Shown here: positions 10,163 through 20,003 of the stretch, piece by piece | Layout: each line of letters begins with the position of its first letter | Numbering within the stretch: the first letter of the stretch is position 1 | Source: an uncultured delta proteobacterium | GTDB taxonomy: Bacteria > Desulfobacterota > RBG-13-43-22 | Assembly (NCBI GenBank): GCA_963790475.1 | Contig: CAWBOS010000011.1 | Coordinates: 128,001-192,000, forward strand | Direction of reading: 5' to 3' | DNA: 64,000 bases | The notes under the pieces: model-generated | The model's database searches: none | What the model was told of the DNA's origin: nothing | The model's input: the letters and a program-made list of their open reading frames with translations, nothing else | Program-made: the position numbers and the translations under genes

Positions 10163-11934
10163 TTAACTCCACAAGTTCCAATTTCCCAAAATTAGAACAT
10201 CCGCGGCAATAAGTGCGTTAGTGGTGGCGTGGGCCATGACGGCATCAGCCATCCTCCCGCGCCGGACCATCGCCAAGGCATAGCACATACCGGCTATAGT
10301 TCCGGCCAGCCAGCGCCCATGCAGGGCCCCGAAAAGGACCGAGGAAACGAGAAACGAAAGCCAGGTAAACCTCACTGAAGAGAGTTGATCGAAGTCGGCC
10401 GAGATGAGCCGTCGGAGCAGGTAGCCGCGAAAGGCGAGTTCCTCGGCTATGGGCGTGGTCACTACAGAACCGGCCACACGGAACAATACCCAGGTCATTG
10501 CCAGGCCAACCGGCATCTCCCCCAGTCCTTTGGCCATGGAGGAGCCTGCGCCCGCTCTGCCTGTTACCTTTTCCAACCCTATCCAGATGGCGAAGACCAC
10601 CACGCCGATCGCGATTGCACCCCATGACCAGCTACCCGCCGGATTGCGCCACAAAGACCGTCGCCAGAAGAGCCAGATTACCGCCGCCGTTCCCAGCACA
10701 CGCGCCGGATACAGCCAGTCAAACCCGCTCGAAAAAAGGCCGGTTATCATGCTGAGGGCCAGCAAAGGCCATCAGGGGCGCCAGGTAGGCGATTGTCGGG
10801 TTGCCCTCCTGGCCCTTATCCTCGAAACCGGATTGGCTCGCAGCGAAAAGGGGCAGGCGCTGGGTCAGTGCCACCATACCTAAGGCGATTCCGATAAAGC
10901 CAAGCCAGCCAAGCTGGGAGTGAAAGCCTCCCATCGCAATCTGAGGGGAAACGTAAGTACCGACCAGGACCAGCAGGGCCATCCTTAGCGCGTTGATGAG
11001 CCAGATGGCGAGGGACAGCGCCGGGTAGAAGAAGGTAAGCCTGAGGAAACCTTAGTCTGCGCCAGAAAAGCCATAGGTAGACGCCTGCAAACAAGACCAT
11101 CAGGCCTATGCCCTCATATCCGGCACAGGCGGGGTAGATGCCCACGCTGAACTGCTTCGTGCCAAGCTCGTAATGAGCCGGTTGGCTGACGACGTCCTGC
11201 CCGAAGGCCGTAAGCAGCCAGCGCACCAGCAGGAACGTCGGCCCACGGAGCGGCCTCCAGGCCCTGCCGGCAAAGAACCCCCAGACCACGGATGCCGTTA
11301 CGATGATGAACCCGGCCGAGACGACAGAGACATTGGTGCGGATAAGGCGTATCCAGGCCCGCGCCGGCATTGCGGCCAGCAGCCAGAAAACACCCGTAGC
11401 CAAGCCGGCCGCGGCCCAGGTGAGAAACCAAAACAGGGGAGCAGTCGAAGAGGCCCCTTCACCTTCGAACACCCAAATGGTGAGCCAGAAGAACGTGGCG
11501 AAGCCACCTAAATGGGCCAGGACCATCAACCAGGATGCCAGCCCTGCCTCATGGAAGACCGAAAGCTCGCGCACTCTGCCGTAGGAACGCGCCCAGCCCA
11601 AGATCAAGGCGACCGCTAGAGAAGTAATAAAAATGGAAGGAAAGCCCTTAGTGTAAGTAAGGAGCCCAGTGGAAGGCGCCTCGATCCGGATGGCCAGCCA
11701 GGTCACTTCCCCCAAGGCAATTACTACCAACCCAGCCCATCGCATCAGGGGGGAGGTTATGATTCCACTATTCACAGTCTTCTTCGAGACCTTTGAAAAA
11801 CACCCCTTTTTGCCCAATCTCTGCGTCAGACTCAAATTTTAATCCTCGAAATACTAAATGTATTCCTGTGGTTAAAATTTTCGTCTTCCTTGACCTTGGA
11901 CAAAATTGAACATTTTTCAAAGGTCTCTCTTCAT
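10163..11934 (-). pseudogene. Exosortase E/CAAX protease fusion (VPEID-CTERM system), disrupted by two frameshifts and a MITE
   Basis: Exosortase ACAGYEG, NALR and FHSQLGW, and CAAX EELAFRGY, FGALH and AHATTN, in three frames (10816-11835, 10719-10982, 10163-10765); native ATG 11932-11934 separated from the body by the MITE. Confidence 0.85.
11786..11927. mobile_element. ~142-bp MITE copy 2 with 5-bp TSD TCTTC
   Basis: gagacctttgaaaaa...tttttcaaaggtctc; tcttc on both sides. Confidence 0.88.
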
Positions 11935-12132
11935 TGAATAAATGCTGGCAATGAAAAACCAGTCAGGTGCTTCGCGTGCCCTGTGCGAAGCCGGAGGTTG
12001 CCCTTGGGGAATATCGCCCAAGGGCAAATATCCCCATAACCCAGGTAATCAAACAACGGAGGAGGGAGCGGTTTAATAAAATTATTACCGATTTTGTCTT
12101 TGAGTGGAAATCGGGATCTTATGATTCAAGAC

Positions 12133-13047
12133 CTAACCCCGGACATTGTTGTAAACTGTCTTCACCGAAACTCCCAGCCGGTCTGCAATCTCATTTCTTT
12201 TAAATCCTCTGGCTATCAACTGCTCAATTAAGTATTTCCGGGCTTGCCGGCTTTCGGCCTGACCCAGGCGGCTTTTCCGGTTTAGGGTTTCAATCCTTCG
12301 AGATAATTCCTCGCTATCCAATAGGTCGATCCCCTTCGGGTTTCTCAACCGGCCCAGGGTGATTCCATTCCAAACGGTTGGAACCAACCTTTTCAGCTTT
12401 TCCTGCAGTCGGTTGATGGCCCCTTCCACCTCCAGGACTTCGTCTACTTTCAAGCCGGAAGCTTGCTGCAAGAGTAGCTTATAGGTCCGTCGGGCAGTGG
12501 CGTAATTGTCCGAAATCAACCCCAGGATAAACGAGCTGTCGACAAAAGAGTTGGCCGTCATCCTATCACTATACAATCGGTCGGAAGACCAGCGATAGGC
12601 ATCGGGGCTTGCGGCCAGGCCGGCTCGGACAGGGTTCAGATGAATATAAACGGAGGCGGCCAGCAGGTATTTCTCATCCATACAAACCGATTGTCGGTAG
12701 GGGCTCCCAAAAAGATGGCCTTTTCTTTCATATTTTCGGTTAAAGTATCGGGCATATCGGGAGAAGAGATCCCGCATGGCCCCGTAGAGGTTGTCCTGCT
12801 GGGGACTGATCAGTAGATGGACATGGTTGGGCATGAAGCAGAAGGCATAGAGGACGACCTCTGCCTGTTGAACCCAGTCTTTCAGCCAGCCGAGCAGGAA
12901 CAGATAATCCTGATCCTCGACAAACAGCGGTTCCCGACCGGCAGCACGTTGGGTAATGTGGGAGACCAATTGGGCCTGGTTGAGTTTCCGGGTGGACCGG
13001 AAGAAGCGACTCTTCCCACTCCGTTTACTAATATCCTCCAAAGCCAT
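12133..13047 (-). CDS. REP-associated tyrosine transposase (RAYT, Y1/HUH) with C-terminal HTH
   Basis: HITQR, MPNHVHLL (HUH), YFNRKYERKGHLF, YIHLNPVRAGL, YRWSS; EIADRLGVSVKTVYN HTH. Confidence 0.88.
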   Translation of the reverse strand: MALEDISKRSGKSRFFRSTRKLNQAQLVSHITQRAAGREPLFVEDQDYLFLLGWLKDWVQQAEVVLYAFCFMPNHVHLLISPQQDNLYGAMRDLFSRYARYFNRKYERKGHLFGSPYRQSVCMDEKYLLAASVYIHLNPVRAGLAASPDAYRWSSDRLYSDRMTANSFVDSSFILGLISDNYATARRTYKLLLQQASGLKVDEVLEVEGAINRLQEKLKRLVPTVWNGITLGRLRNPKGIDLLDSEELSRRIETLNRKSRLGQAESRQARKYLIEQLIARGFKRNEIADRLGVSVKTVYNNVRG

Positions 13048-13501
13048 ACTGGATACCCCTTTCCTGAATCTAACACCGGGTGTTAATCAGGTGAGATTAA
13101 CTATGGGCGGATCGGCCTTCCGGATTAGGTCCTTGAGAACCTATAGCCAGACTTCCTTTCTTAATTTACCATAAATTGCTTTAAGAAAAAATGGGAAGGA
13201 TCAGGCTTGCCGGAGAGGGATGACGGCCTTTTTACCGATTTTATCTTTGAGTAAAAATCGGTAAAAACCCTAAGGTTCGCTGCCTGAGTTGGAATAAGCC
13301 GCGGATAGAGCGAATTTACCGATTTTGTCTTTGAGTGGAAATCGGTAAAGCAACTTAAAGCCAATGTTCCCTGCTTCTCTTTTTCTTGACGACAGGATGG
13401 AAACTCTGATAGTGGCATCATCTGGCTCTATCGTGAATCCCATTACCGATTTTGTCCTTGAGTGCAATTCGGTAAAGATGATGTCATGGTGAAGATATAA
13501 A

Positions 13502-14321
13502 TCATGAGGGTATTCATTTTTTTGTCTGAACTGCCTTTTTTTGCAAGGATTTCTATGGCCCAAGGTATTTCTGCCATTGCTTATAAAGATAACCAATATA
13601 AATCATCGAGATATATTATTTCCTTTGTTCTTGGCTTAAAAATTGCTTCATAATATATTATAAAATAAGGTCGTTTTCCGATAAGATAGTTATAATAGGT
13701 CGTGAAGCTCAACCGAGGTGCCTAAATGCCAACTTCCACCATGAACAAAATTAGGAATTAAGGGAAGGAAGCTTTGATAGGGCCATCATCAGGCTTCAGC
13801 GCAAATGATTTTGCCGATTTCGTCTTTGAGTGGAAATCGGTAGAACCAATGTTTTCTAATTTTTGGCACGGATTACACGGATGGCCACGGATGGCGGGCA
13901 TAGAGCATAAAGCATAAGGCCAAGAAACCGGCATTGGGGTAATCAGGAAATCGGAGAGCCGATTTCTTGAGGACTGCCGTCCGCCTGGGCGGAAAGAGAA
14001 TGCAAAAGACTAGGGCTTCTCTTTGGCACGGATTGCACGGATGACACGGATGTAATATTTATTCTCCTGCCGATAAAACGCAGGGGAATAAATCATTCTG
14101 CCCACCGGGGGCGGAACAAAAGAAAACAAAAAGACAAAGGTTTTTACCGATTTCGTCCTTGAGTGGAAATCGGTAAAGGGATAAGTGAATCTTGAAGGAC
14201 AACTTAGGTGCTAAAATGTCAATTCCCAATTTAGAAATAGTCAAAAAGCCAGGGCAAGTAATCCCAGTTTTAATCGGCTTGCTCTTTTTGCTTGCCTTCT
14301 CCCCAGCCCTTTATGCCGCAA
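13502..14321 (+). repeat. ~820-bp segment duplicated near-identically at 15642-16461 (partial diverged third copy 16690-16910)
   Basis: Direct sequence identity by inspection; the ORF track gives identical peptides at 14059 and 16199. Confidence 0.9.
13632..13646 (+). promoter_or_regulatory. Putative sigma54 promoter (also at 15772-15786 and 16833-16847)
   Basis: TGGC-N7-TTGC: tggcttaaaaattgc; diverged copy tggcatcaaatttgc keeps the motif and spacing; AT-rich upstream region. Confidence 0.6.
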
Positions 14322-14473
14322 CTTATTACGTCGATGCAACAAGCGGGCAGGACAACAATGAGGGCCTTTCGGACGCCACCCCCTGGAAAACCATCGCTAA
14401 AGTTAATGCTTCAAGGTTTGCACCGGGAGATCAGATACTCTTCAAACGGGGGAGACTTGGAGGGAAACTTTGA
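14216..14473 (+). pseudogene. 5' fragment of a secreted beta-helix-type surface protein, truncated
   Basis: Signal peptide plus ATYYVDATSGQDNNEGLS..TPWKTIAKVN..PGDQILFKRG; frameshift, then ends at REP 14505. Confidence 0.72.
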
Positions 14474-14686
14474 TAGTGCCATCATTTGTCTCCGGCGCAA
14501 ATCATTTTACTGATTTCGTCCTTGAGTGGTAATCAGGAATCTTATAATTCAAGGCCCATTTCCCACAAAGGTGCAAACCTAAAAAATCGGGCCGCCGGTA
14601 ACCAGAATGCGTTTGTTTTGATGCAGGTTCAACTGTCTGCCTCCGGGAATGTGGTTAATTAGGAAGATCGGCTGTCCTGAGCGATT

Positions 14687-15013
14687 TTAGGCGGGATCTG
14701 GCTCTACTGCAGCAATCCCGGAAAGAATGACCGGCTTCCGGTCGGGGAATTCGGCGACGAGGGACAGGTTGCCTCCCATGGCCTCAACGCTCTTTCTCAT
14801 GGTCGAAAGCAGAAGGTCACTTCGCTTTTCGAGACGGGATACGCCGTCCTGGCTGATGCCGAGGGCTTTTGCCAGGTGTACCTGAGTGATCTTACGCGCT
14901 CGTCGAAGTTCCTGAAGGGTCATCTCCTCCCCAATGAGAGCAGTGGCGCGGGCCTCGATCTTCTTCCGACGCCTGGCGCTGAGGCTTTTCATCTTCTGGT
15001 TTATGGTCTTCAT
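14687..15013 (-). CDS. XRE-HTH antitoxin (HigA-like)
   Basis: LQELRRARKITQVHLAKALGISQDGVSRLEKRSDLLLST. Confidence 0.85.
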   Translation of the reverse strand: MKTINQKMKSLSARRRKKIEARATALIGEEMTLQELRRARKITQVHLAKALGISQDGVSRLEKRSDLLLSTMRKSVEAMGGNLSLVAEFPDRKPVILSGIAAVEPDPA

Positions 15014-15378
15014 GGTTTATGCTTCCTTTCCTTAAAACGGGCCAGGTGGCTGTCAAATCGTTTGTCGGCTTTTGCGATGAGATTTCTGTAGAATCTTTTT
15101 TCGCTGACCCCTGATTTATCCCCGGCGACAAGCAGAATAGCTTGCCTTCTCGGATCGAACGCGAAGGCAACCCGCCATACCCCATCAGCGGCGGCGAAAC
15201 GCAGTTCCTTCATGTTCGCATGGCGGGAATCGTTTAGGGTATCGCCGCGGGGGCGGCCCAGCTGAGGCCCAAAATGTCCGAGTAATTTGGCATGAGCCAG
15301 CAATTCATCCTGCACTTCTTCCGGCAAGGCATCAAACTCCGGTTCAAAATCCTCATGAAACAGAATTCTCCAATTCAT
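15010..15378 (-). CDS. RelE/HigB (Gp49-like) toxin
   Basis: GPQLGRP, MKELRF, WRVAFAFDPRRQAILLVAGDK; toxin-first order. Confidence 0.87.
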   Translation of the reverse strand: MNWRILFHEDFEPEFDALPEEVQDELLAHAKLLGHFGPQLGRPRGDTLNDSRHANMKELRFAAADGVWRVAFAFDPRRQAILLVAGDKSGVSEKRFYRNLIAKADKRFDSHLARFKERKHKP

Positions 15379-16355
15379 GGTAATATTATGTCTCTTAATA
15401 CATATGTTGTCAAGTACATATTCGGGACTCCCCTAAACCCGAAATCCGATTGATTTCCAATGTTATCCGCTCCGGCCGCCGTTTGCCCTCCCTGGAACCA
15501 GCAATCTTCTGATTGAACGGTCCATCTTTCAGAACAAATTCCAACGCTTATGAATGGTGCCTATCAATCCAAGACTACTATGGTGTCACCGGAATTACTA
15601 GTAATTTTACCGGTTTCGTCCTTGAGTGAAAATCAGTAGATTCATGAGGGTATTCATTTTTTTGTCTGAACTGCCTTTTTTTGCAAGGATTTCTATGGCC
15701 CAAGGTATTTCTGCCATTGCTTATAAAGATAACCAATATAAATCATCGAGATATATTATTTCCTTTGTTCTTGGCTTAAAAATTGCTTCATAATATATTA
15801 TAAAATAAGGTCGTTTTCCGATAAGATAGTTATAATAGGTCGTGAAGCTCAACCGAGGTGCCTAAATGCCAACTTCCACCATGAACAAAATTAGGAATTA
15901 AGGGAAGGAAGCTTTGATAGGGCCATCATCAGGCTTCAGCGCAAATGATTTTGCCGATTTCGTCTTTGAGTGGAAATCGGTAGAACCAATGTTTTCTAAT
16001 TTTTGGCACGGATTACACGGATGGCCACGGATGGCGGGCATAGAGCATAAAGCATAAGGCCAAGAAACCGGCATTGGGGTAATCAGGAAATCGGAGAGCC
16101 GATTTCTTGAGGACTGCCGTCCGCCTGGGCGGAAAGAGAATGCAAAAGACTAGGGCTTCTCTTTGGCACGGATTGCACGGATGACACGGATGTAATATTT
16201 ATTCTCCTGCCGATAAAACGCAGGGGAATAAATCATTCTGCCCACCGGGGGCGGAACAAAAGAAAACAAAAAGACAAAGGTTTTTACCGATTTCGTCCTT
16301 GAGTGGAAATCGGTAAAGGGATAAGTGAATCTTGAAGGACAACTTAGGTGCTAAA

Positions 16356-16595
16356 ATGTCAATTCCCAATTTAGAAATAGTCAAAAAGCCAGGGCAAGTA
16401 ATCCCAGTTTTAATCGGCTTGCTCTTTTTGCTTGCCTTCTCCCCAGCCCTTTATGCCGCAACCTACTACGTCTCTGCCATAAATGGGCAAGATACCAATG
16501 ATGGCCTGTCGCAGACTACCCCCTGGAAAACCATCGCCAAAGTGAATGGGTCAACTTTCCAGCCGAGTGATCAGATTCTGTTCAAGGGGTGGTAG
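16356..16595 (+). pseudogene. Second 5' fragment of the same surface-protein family
   Basis: Identical signal peptide, diverged mature part (ATYYVSAINGQDTNDGLSQTTPWKTIAKVN); ends before REP 16647. Confidence 0.7.
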
Positions 16596-17346
16596 ATTTG
16601 AAGGAAAATTTCGGTAGAGCCGTCATCCCGCTCCAGGGCAAATGATTTTACCGATTTTGTCCTTGAGTGGAAATCGGTAAAGCAACTTGGTGAAGATATA
16701 AATCATGAGGGTATTCATTTTTTTGTCTGAACTGCCTTTTTTTGCAGGGATTTCCACGACCCAAAGTCTTTCTGCCCTTGGTTATAAAGATAACCAATAT
16801 AAATCATTTAGATATATTATTTCCTTGGGCCTTGGCATCAAATTTGCGTAATAATTAGTAAAATTAGTTTTCCCCCCGATGAGATAGTTATAATTAGGTC
16901 GTGAAGCTCCACTTGGGATGGAGGAGAGTTGGAGGGAAACTTTGATTTTGCTACACTCTGCCTCCAACACAAATAAACTTACCGATTTCGTCCTTGAGTG
17001 AAAATCGGTAAAGGTACCTAAAGGCTAATTTCCCCCATGAAAAAAATTAGAAATTCTGGTCAAGTAATCATAGTTTTAATTGGCTTACTCTTTTTTCTTG
17101 CCTTCTTTGCCGTCGAACCATTACCTTGGGCCGCAACTAATACCGCGCAAAACATACTCACACGTTCAACTGATGATATTGTTCCCCCAACTTTCTTTGG
17201 GATGCACATTCATAATGCTACTACAAACACGCCTTGGCCCGCTATTCCATTCGGCATGTTGCGGTTGTGGGATGCAGATGTCATCTGGGCCACTCTGGAA
17301 TCGAATAAGGGGGAATTGATCTGGTCAAGTAAAAATAGACACCTGG

Positions 17347-18165
17347 TTAAGCAATTTTTTCCAAAGCAAGGTTCATTTCAAAATCATTCGGAGCCATATA
17401 GCCCAGGGAGGAATGAAGTCGGTAGCTGTTGTAATACATCTCGATGTAATCAACAACCTCCTGACGGGCTTCTTCCCGGGTGGGATATGCTTGGTCCTCC
17501 CATTGGTCATATTTTAGGGTATGGAAGAAACTTTCTACTACGGCGTTATCATAGCAGTTCCCTTTGTCGCTCATACTGGGGATCATGCCGAAGGTTTTTA
17601 ACTGCTGTTGGTAATCAGAGGCAGCATATTGGCTACCCCGATCGGAATGATGGATTAACCCCTTGGCCGGTTTTCGACGCCAATAAGCCATACGGAGGGC
17701 CTCCAGGACCAAGGAAGTCTTGAGATGGCTGTCCAAGGCCCAACCGACCACCTTGCGCGAATACAGGTCGATAATGACGGCCAGATACAGCCATCCTTCC
17801 CGGGTCCAGAGATAGGTGATGTCCCCACACCAGATAGAATCCGGTTGATCTACCTGAAACTGCTGGTTCAACCGATTGGGAGCCACAGGCAACTGATGAT
17901 GACTATCGGTCGTTTTCTTAAATTTCTTAGGCCATTTGACCGAAAGACCCGCTTTCTTCATCAGACTCCTGGCTCGAAAGCGGCCAATGTTGTATCCCTC
18001 ATCCCGGAGGCCTTTCGACATCCGGCGGGATCCATAGGTCCTTCTGGATCTTTGATGAATATGGCGGACCAGAGATAACAATTTAAAATCCTTATCAACT
18101 TGCTTATGGCTTTTTTTCAAATACTTATAATATCCGCTCCGGCTAACTTCCATAACCCGGCACAA
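17347..18165 (-). CDS. IS3 transposase OrfB (DDE)
   Basis: WCGDITYL, HHSDRGSQY, DNAVVESFF. Confidence 0.92.
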   Translation of the reverse strand: MCRVMEVSRSGYYKYLKKSHKQVDKDFKLLSLVRHIHQRSRRTYGSRRMSKGLRDEGYNIGRFRARSLMKKAGLSVKWPKKFKKTTDSHHQLPVAPNRLNQQFQVDQPDSIWCGDITYLWTREGWLYLAVIIDLYSRKVVGWALDSHLKTSLVLEALRMAYWRRKPAKGLIHHSDRGSQYAASDYQQQLKTFGMIPSMSDKGNCYDNAVVESFFHTLKYDQWEDQAYPTREEARQEVVDYIEMYYNSYRLHSSLGYMAPNDFEMNLALEKIA

Positions 18166-18212
18166 AACGGTTATGGGATAGGCCTTCTGTTGCTGCCGGA
18201 CAAAGTCGTATC

Positions 18213-18509
18213 TTACCTCGACTCTTTGGCAAAGAAGGCCGTGGCCTTTTTTAAGATGTCACGCTCCATCCTAAGCCTTTGGTTTTCTTTGCGGAGTCTC
18301 TGTAGTTCTTCTTTTTCCGGGGTCAAACGGCCCTTGCCGGGAAAGGCGTTTCCCCCCTCCAAGGCCATTTCTTTTTTCCAACGATTCAATACACCGGGGT
18401 GGATGCCTAAATTCCGGGCAGCCTCGCTGGTCTTGTACCCCTGTTCGGTTACCAAGCGCACCGCATCCATTTTAAACTCGGGGGTATACTTCTTTTTCTC
18501 TTTGGTCAT
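18213..18509 (-). CDS. IS3 transposase OrfA
   Basis: YTPEFKMDAV HTH, LRMERDILKKATAFF. Confidence 0.92.
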   Translation of the reverse strand: MTKEKKKYTPEFKMDAVRLVTEQGYKTSEAARNLGIHPGVLNRWKKEMALEGGNAFPGKGRLTPEKEELQRLRKENQRLRMERDILKKATAFFAKESR

Positions 18510-20003
18510 GGGTCACCTCCAAAAGCTCTTTTATTTTATCACGCTTTTCTTGGTGTCCACAATTACTATACCAGTTCAAATGGCATTTTGAAAAATTGGA
18601 TACAAATGTCGACTTAGCCGAAGCCCATAACGTTGAAGTCCTCTTGACACTTGGCCAATCTCCTGCTTGGGCTTCGGCACGACCTTCAGAACCTTCTCCT
18701 TATAAGCCTGGAGCTGCAGCCGAACCGGCAAACATTGAAGATTGGAGAAATTACGTCCGATCAGTTGCTACACGCTATAAAGGGCGCATTCATTATTACG
18801 AAATTTGGAATGAACCTAATCTATCCGAATTCTATACTGGAACAGTAGACCAAATGGTCACACTGGCACGGGAAGCGTACGCAATTCTTAAGGAAGTAGA
18901 TCCCACAGTAAAAGTCGTCTCTCCTTCCGTCACCATGGCCGCGGGAATTCCGTGGCTGGGGCAATATTTCATTAAGGGGGGTGCTACCTATGCAGACATT
19001 ATTGGCTATCACTTTTACGTGTTTCCCGACCTACCCGAAGCAATGGTGCCGGTCATTAACAATGTTAGACAGACTATGACAAAATATGGTATTAGCAATA
19101 AACCTCTATGGGATACTGAGGCAGGTTGGAGCAGACCCAAGCTTTTTTCTTCGGATAGTGAGGCATCTGCGTACGTAGCCAGGTCATACATCCTTAACTG
19201 GGCTACCGGGGTAGATCGGTTATTTTGGTATGCATGGGATAACCATTGGTGGGTGACTTTGGAAATGACCCAGAGTGACAGTACAACTCTGAAGCCTGCT
19301 GCTATTGCCTACAGAGAGGTCCAGAAGTGGATCGTTGGTGCCAAGTTACTGTCATGTGACTTAGACAGCCAAGGAACCTGGCTTGCCCAGATAGCACGAG
19401 ACAACGGTTACAAAGGTTTCATCATCTGGAACCCAGATAAGACTATAAACTTTGCAATCCCAACAGAATACAACGTTAGACAGATGAAGGACTTGGCAGG
19501 TACTATAACCAATATCACGGGAGCGAGTCTATTGAGCGTAGGCATGGAACCCATTTTGCTGGAAAATGCTTCAACTAAGCCGCCCCGGAACGTACATTTG
19601 ATCTATTGACGGATCATAAAATTAATCTTATCATGTTAGCAACTCATAAATCAAGCGAAATGTTCTTATGAATTATAGGAGTTAGGTCTCTGCTATAGTA
19701 AAATGTGTTGCCACGCGCATCGTGCAGAGGAGACAGTTAGTATAGGGATTGGCTACAACACGCGTCTTGGTCTCTATGGCGACTATAGGGTTCGATATCA
19801 TCGTCCCGAAAACGCTGGTAGCGAGTAGGCTCATGAACCTATGGGTTAGAAGAAGAGAAAGTCCTATTGCGGGGGACCCGCATGATGGGTCGACGAGGTG
19901 GGGTCTGGAAACTAACACAGTTGAGATCGTGTGACATTCATATATAATAGCAAGAGGGTGAGACAACCGAGAATACAAACCTCAACCAAAACTGACGCGC
20001 TAA

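Larger units (their letters stand above)
12085..17012 (+). repeat. 12 co-oriented ~35-bp REP-like hairpins TTTACCGATTTYGTCYTTGAGTGGAAATCGGTAAA
   Basis: Copies at ~12085, 13229, 13315, 13443, 13810, 14143, 14505, 15605, 15950, 16283, 16647, 16978; they flank the RAYT gene on both sides. Confidence 0.88.
17317..18578 (-). mobile_element. IS3-family element copy 1, TSD AAT
   Basis: TG...CA ends tgatctggtcaagtaaaaatagacac / gtgtccacaattactataccagttca; orfA and orfB. Confidence 0.93.
17037..19609 (+). pseudogene. Secreted clan-A glycoside hydrolase (GH39/GH5-like) split by IS3
   Basis: FFGMH, RLWD, YEIWNEPN, WDTEAG; removing the IS and one AAT copy restores ...ESNKGEWHFEKLDTNV... in frame. Confidence 0.85.

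Noticed and set aside
14023-14040. TGGCACGGATTGC in the repeat as a sigma54 promoter
   Set aside because: Only 5 nt lie between TGGC and TTGC; sigma54 needs 7
12085-17012. 35-bp palindromic direct repeats as a CRISPR array
   Set aside because: Spacing ranges from ~50 to >1000 bp, the intervals contain genes and duplications, there are no cas genes, and a RAYT is adjacent
19682-20003. Short ORFs beside IS1634
   Set aside because: No recognisable motifs; the IS flanks (ctaa/ctac) give no clean TSD, so the region cannot be reconstructed
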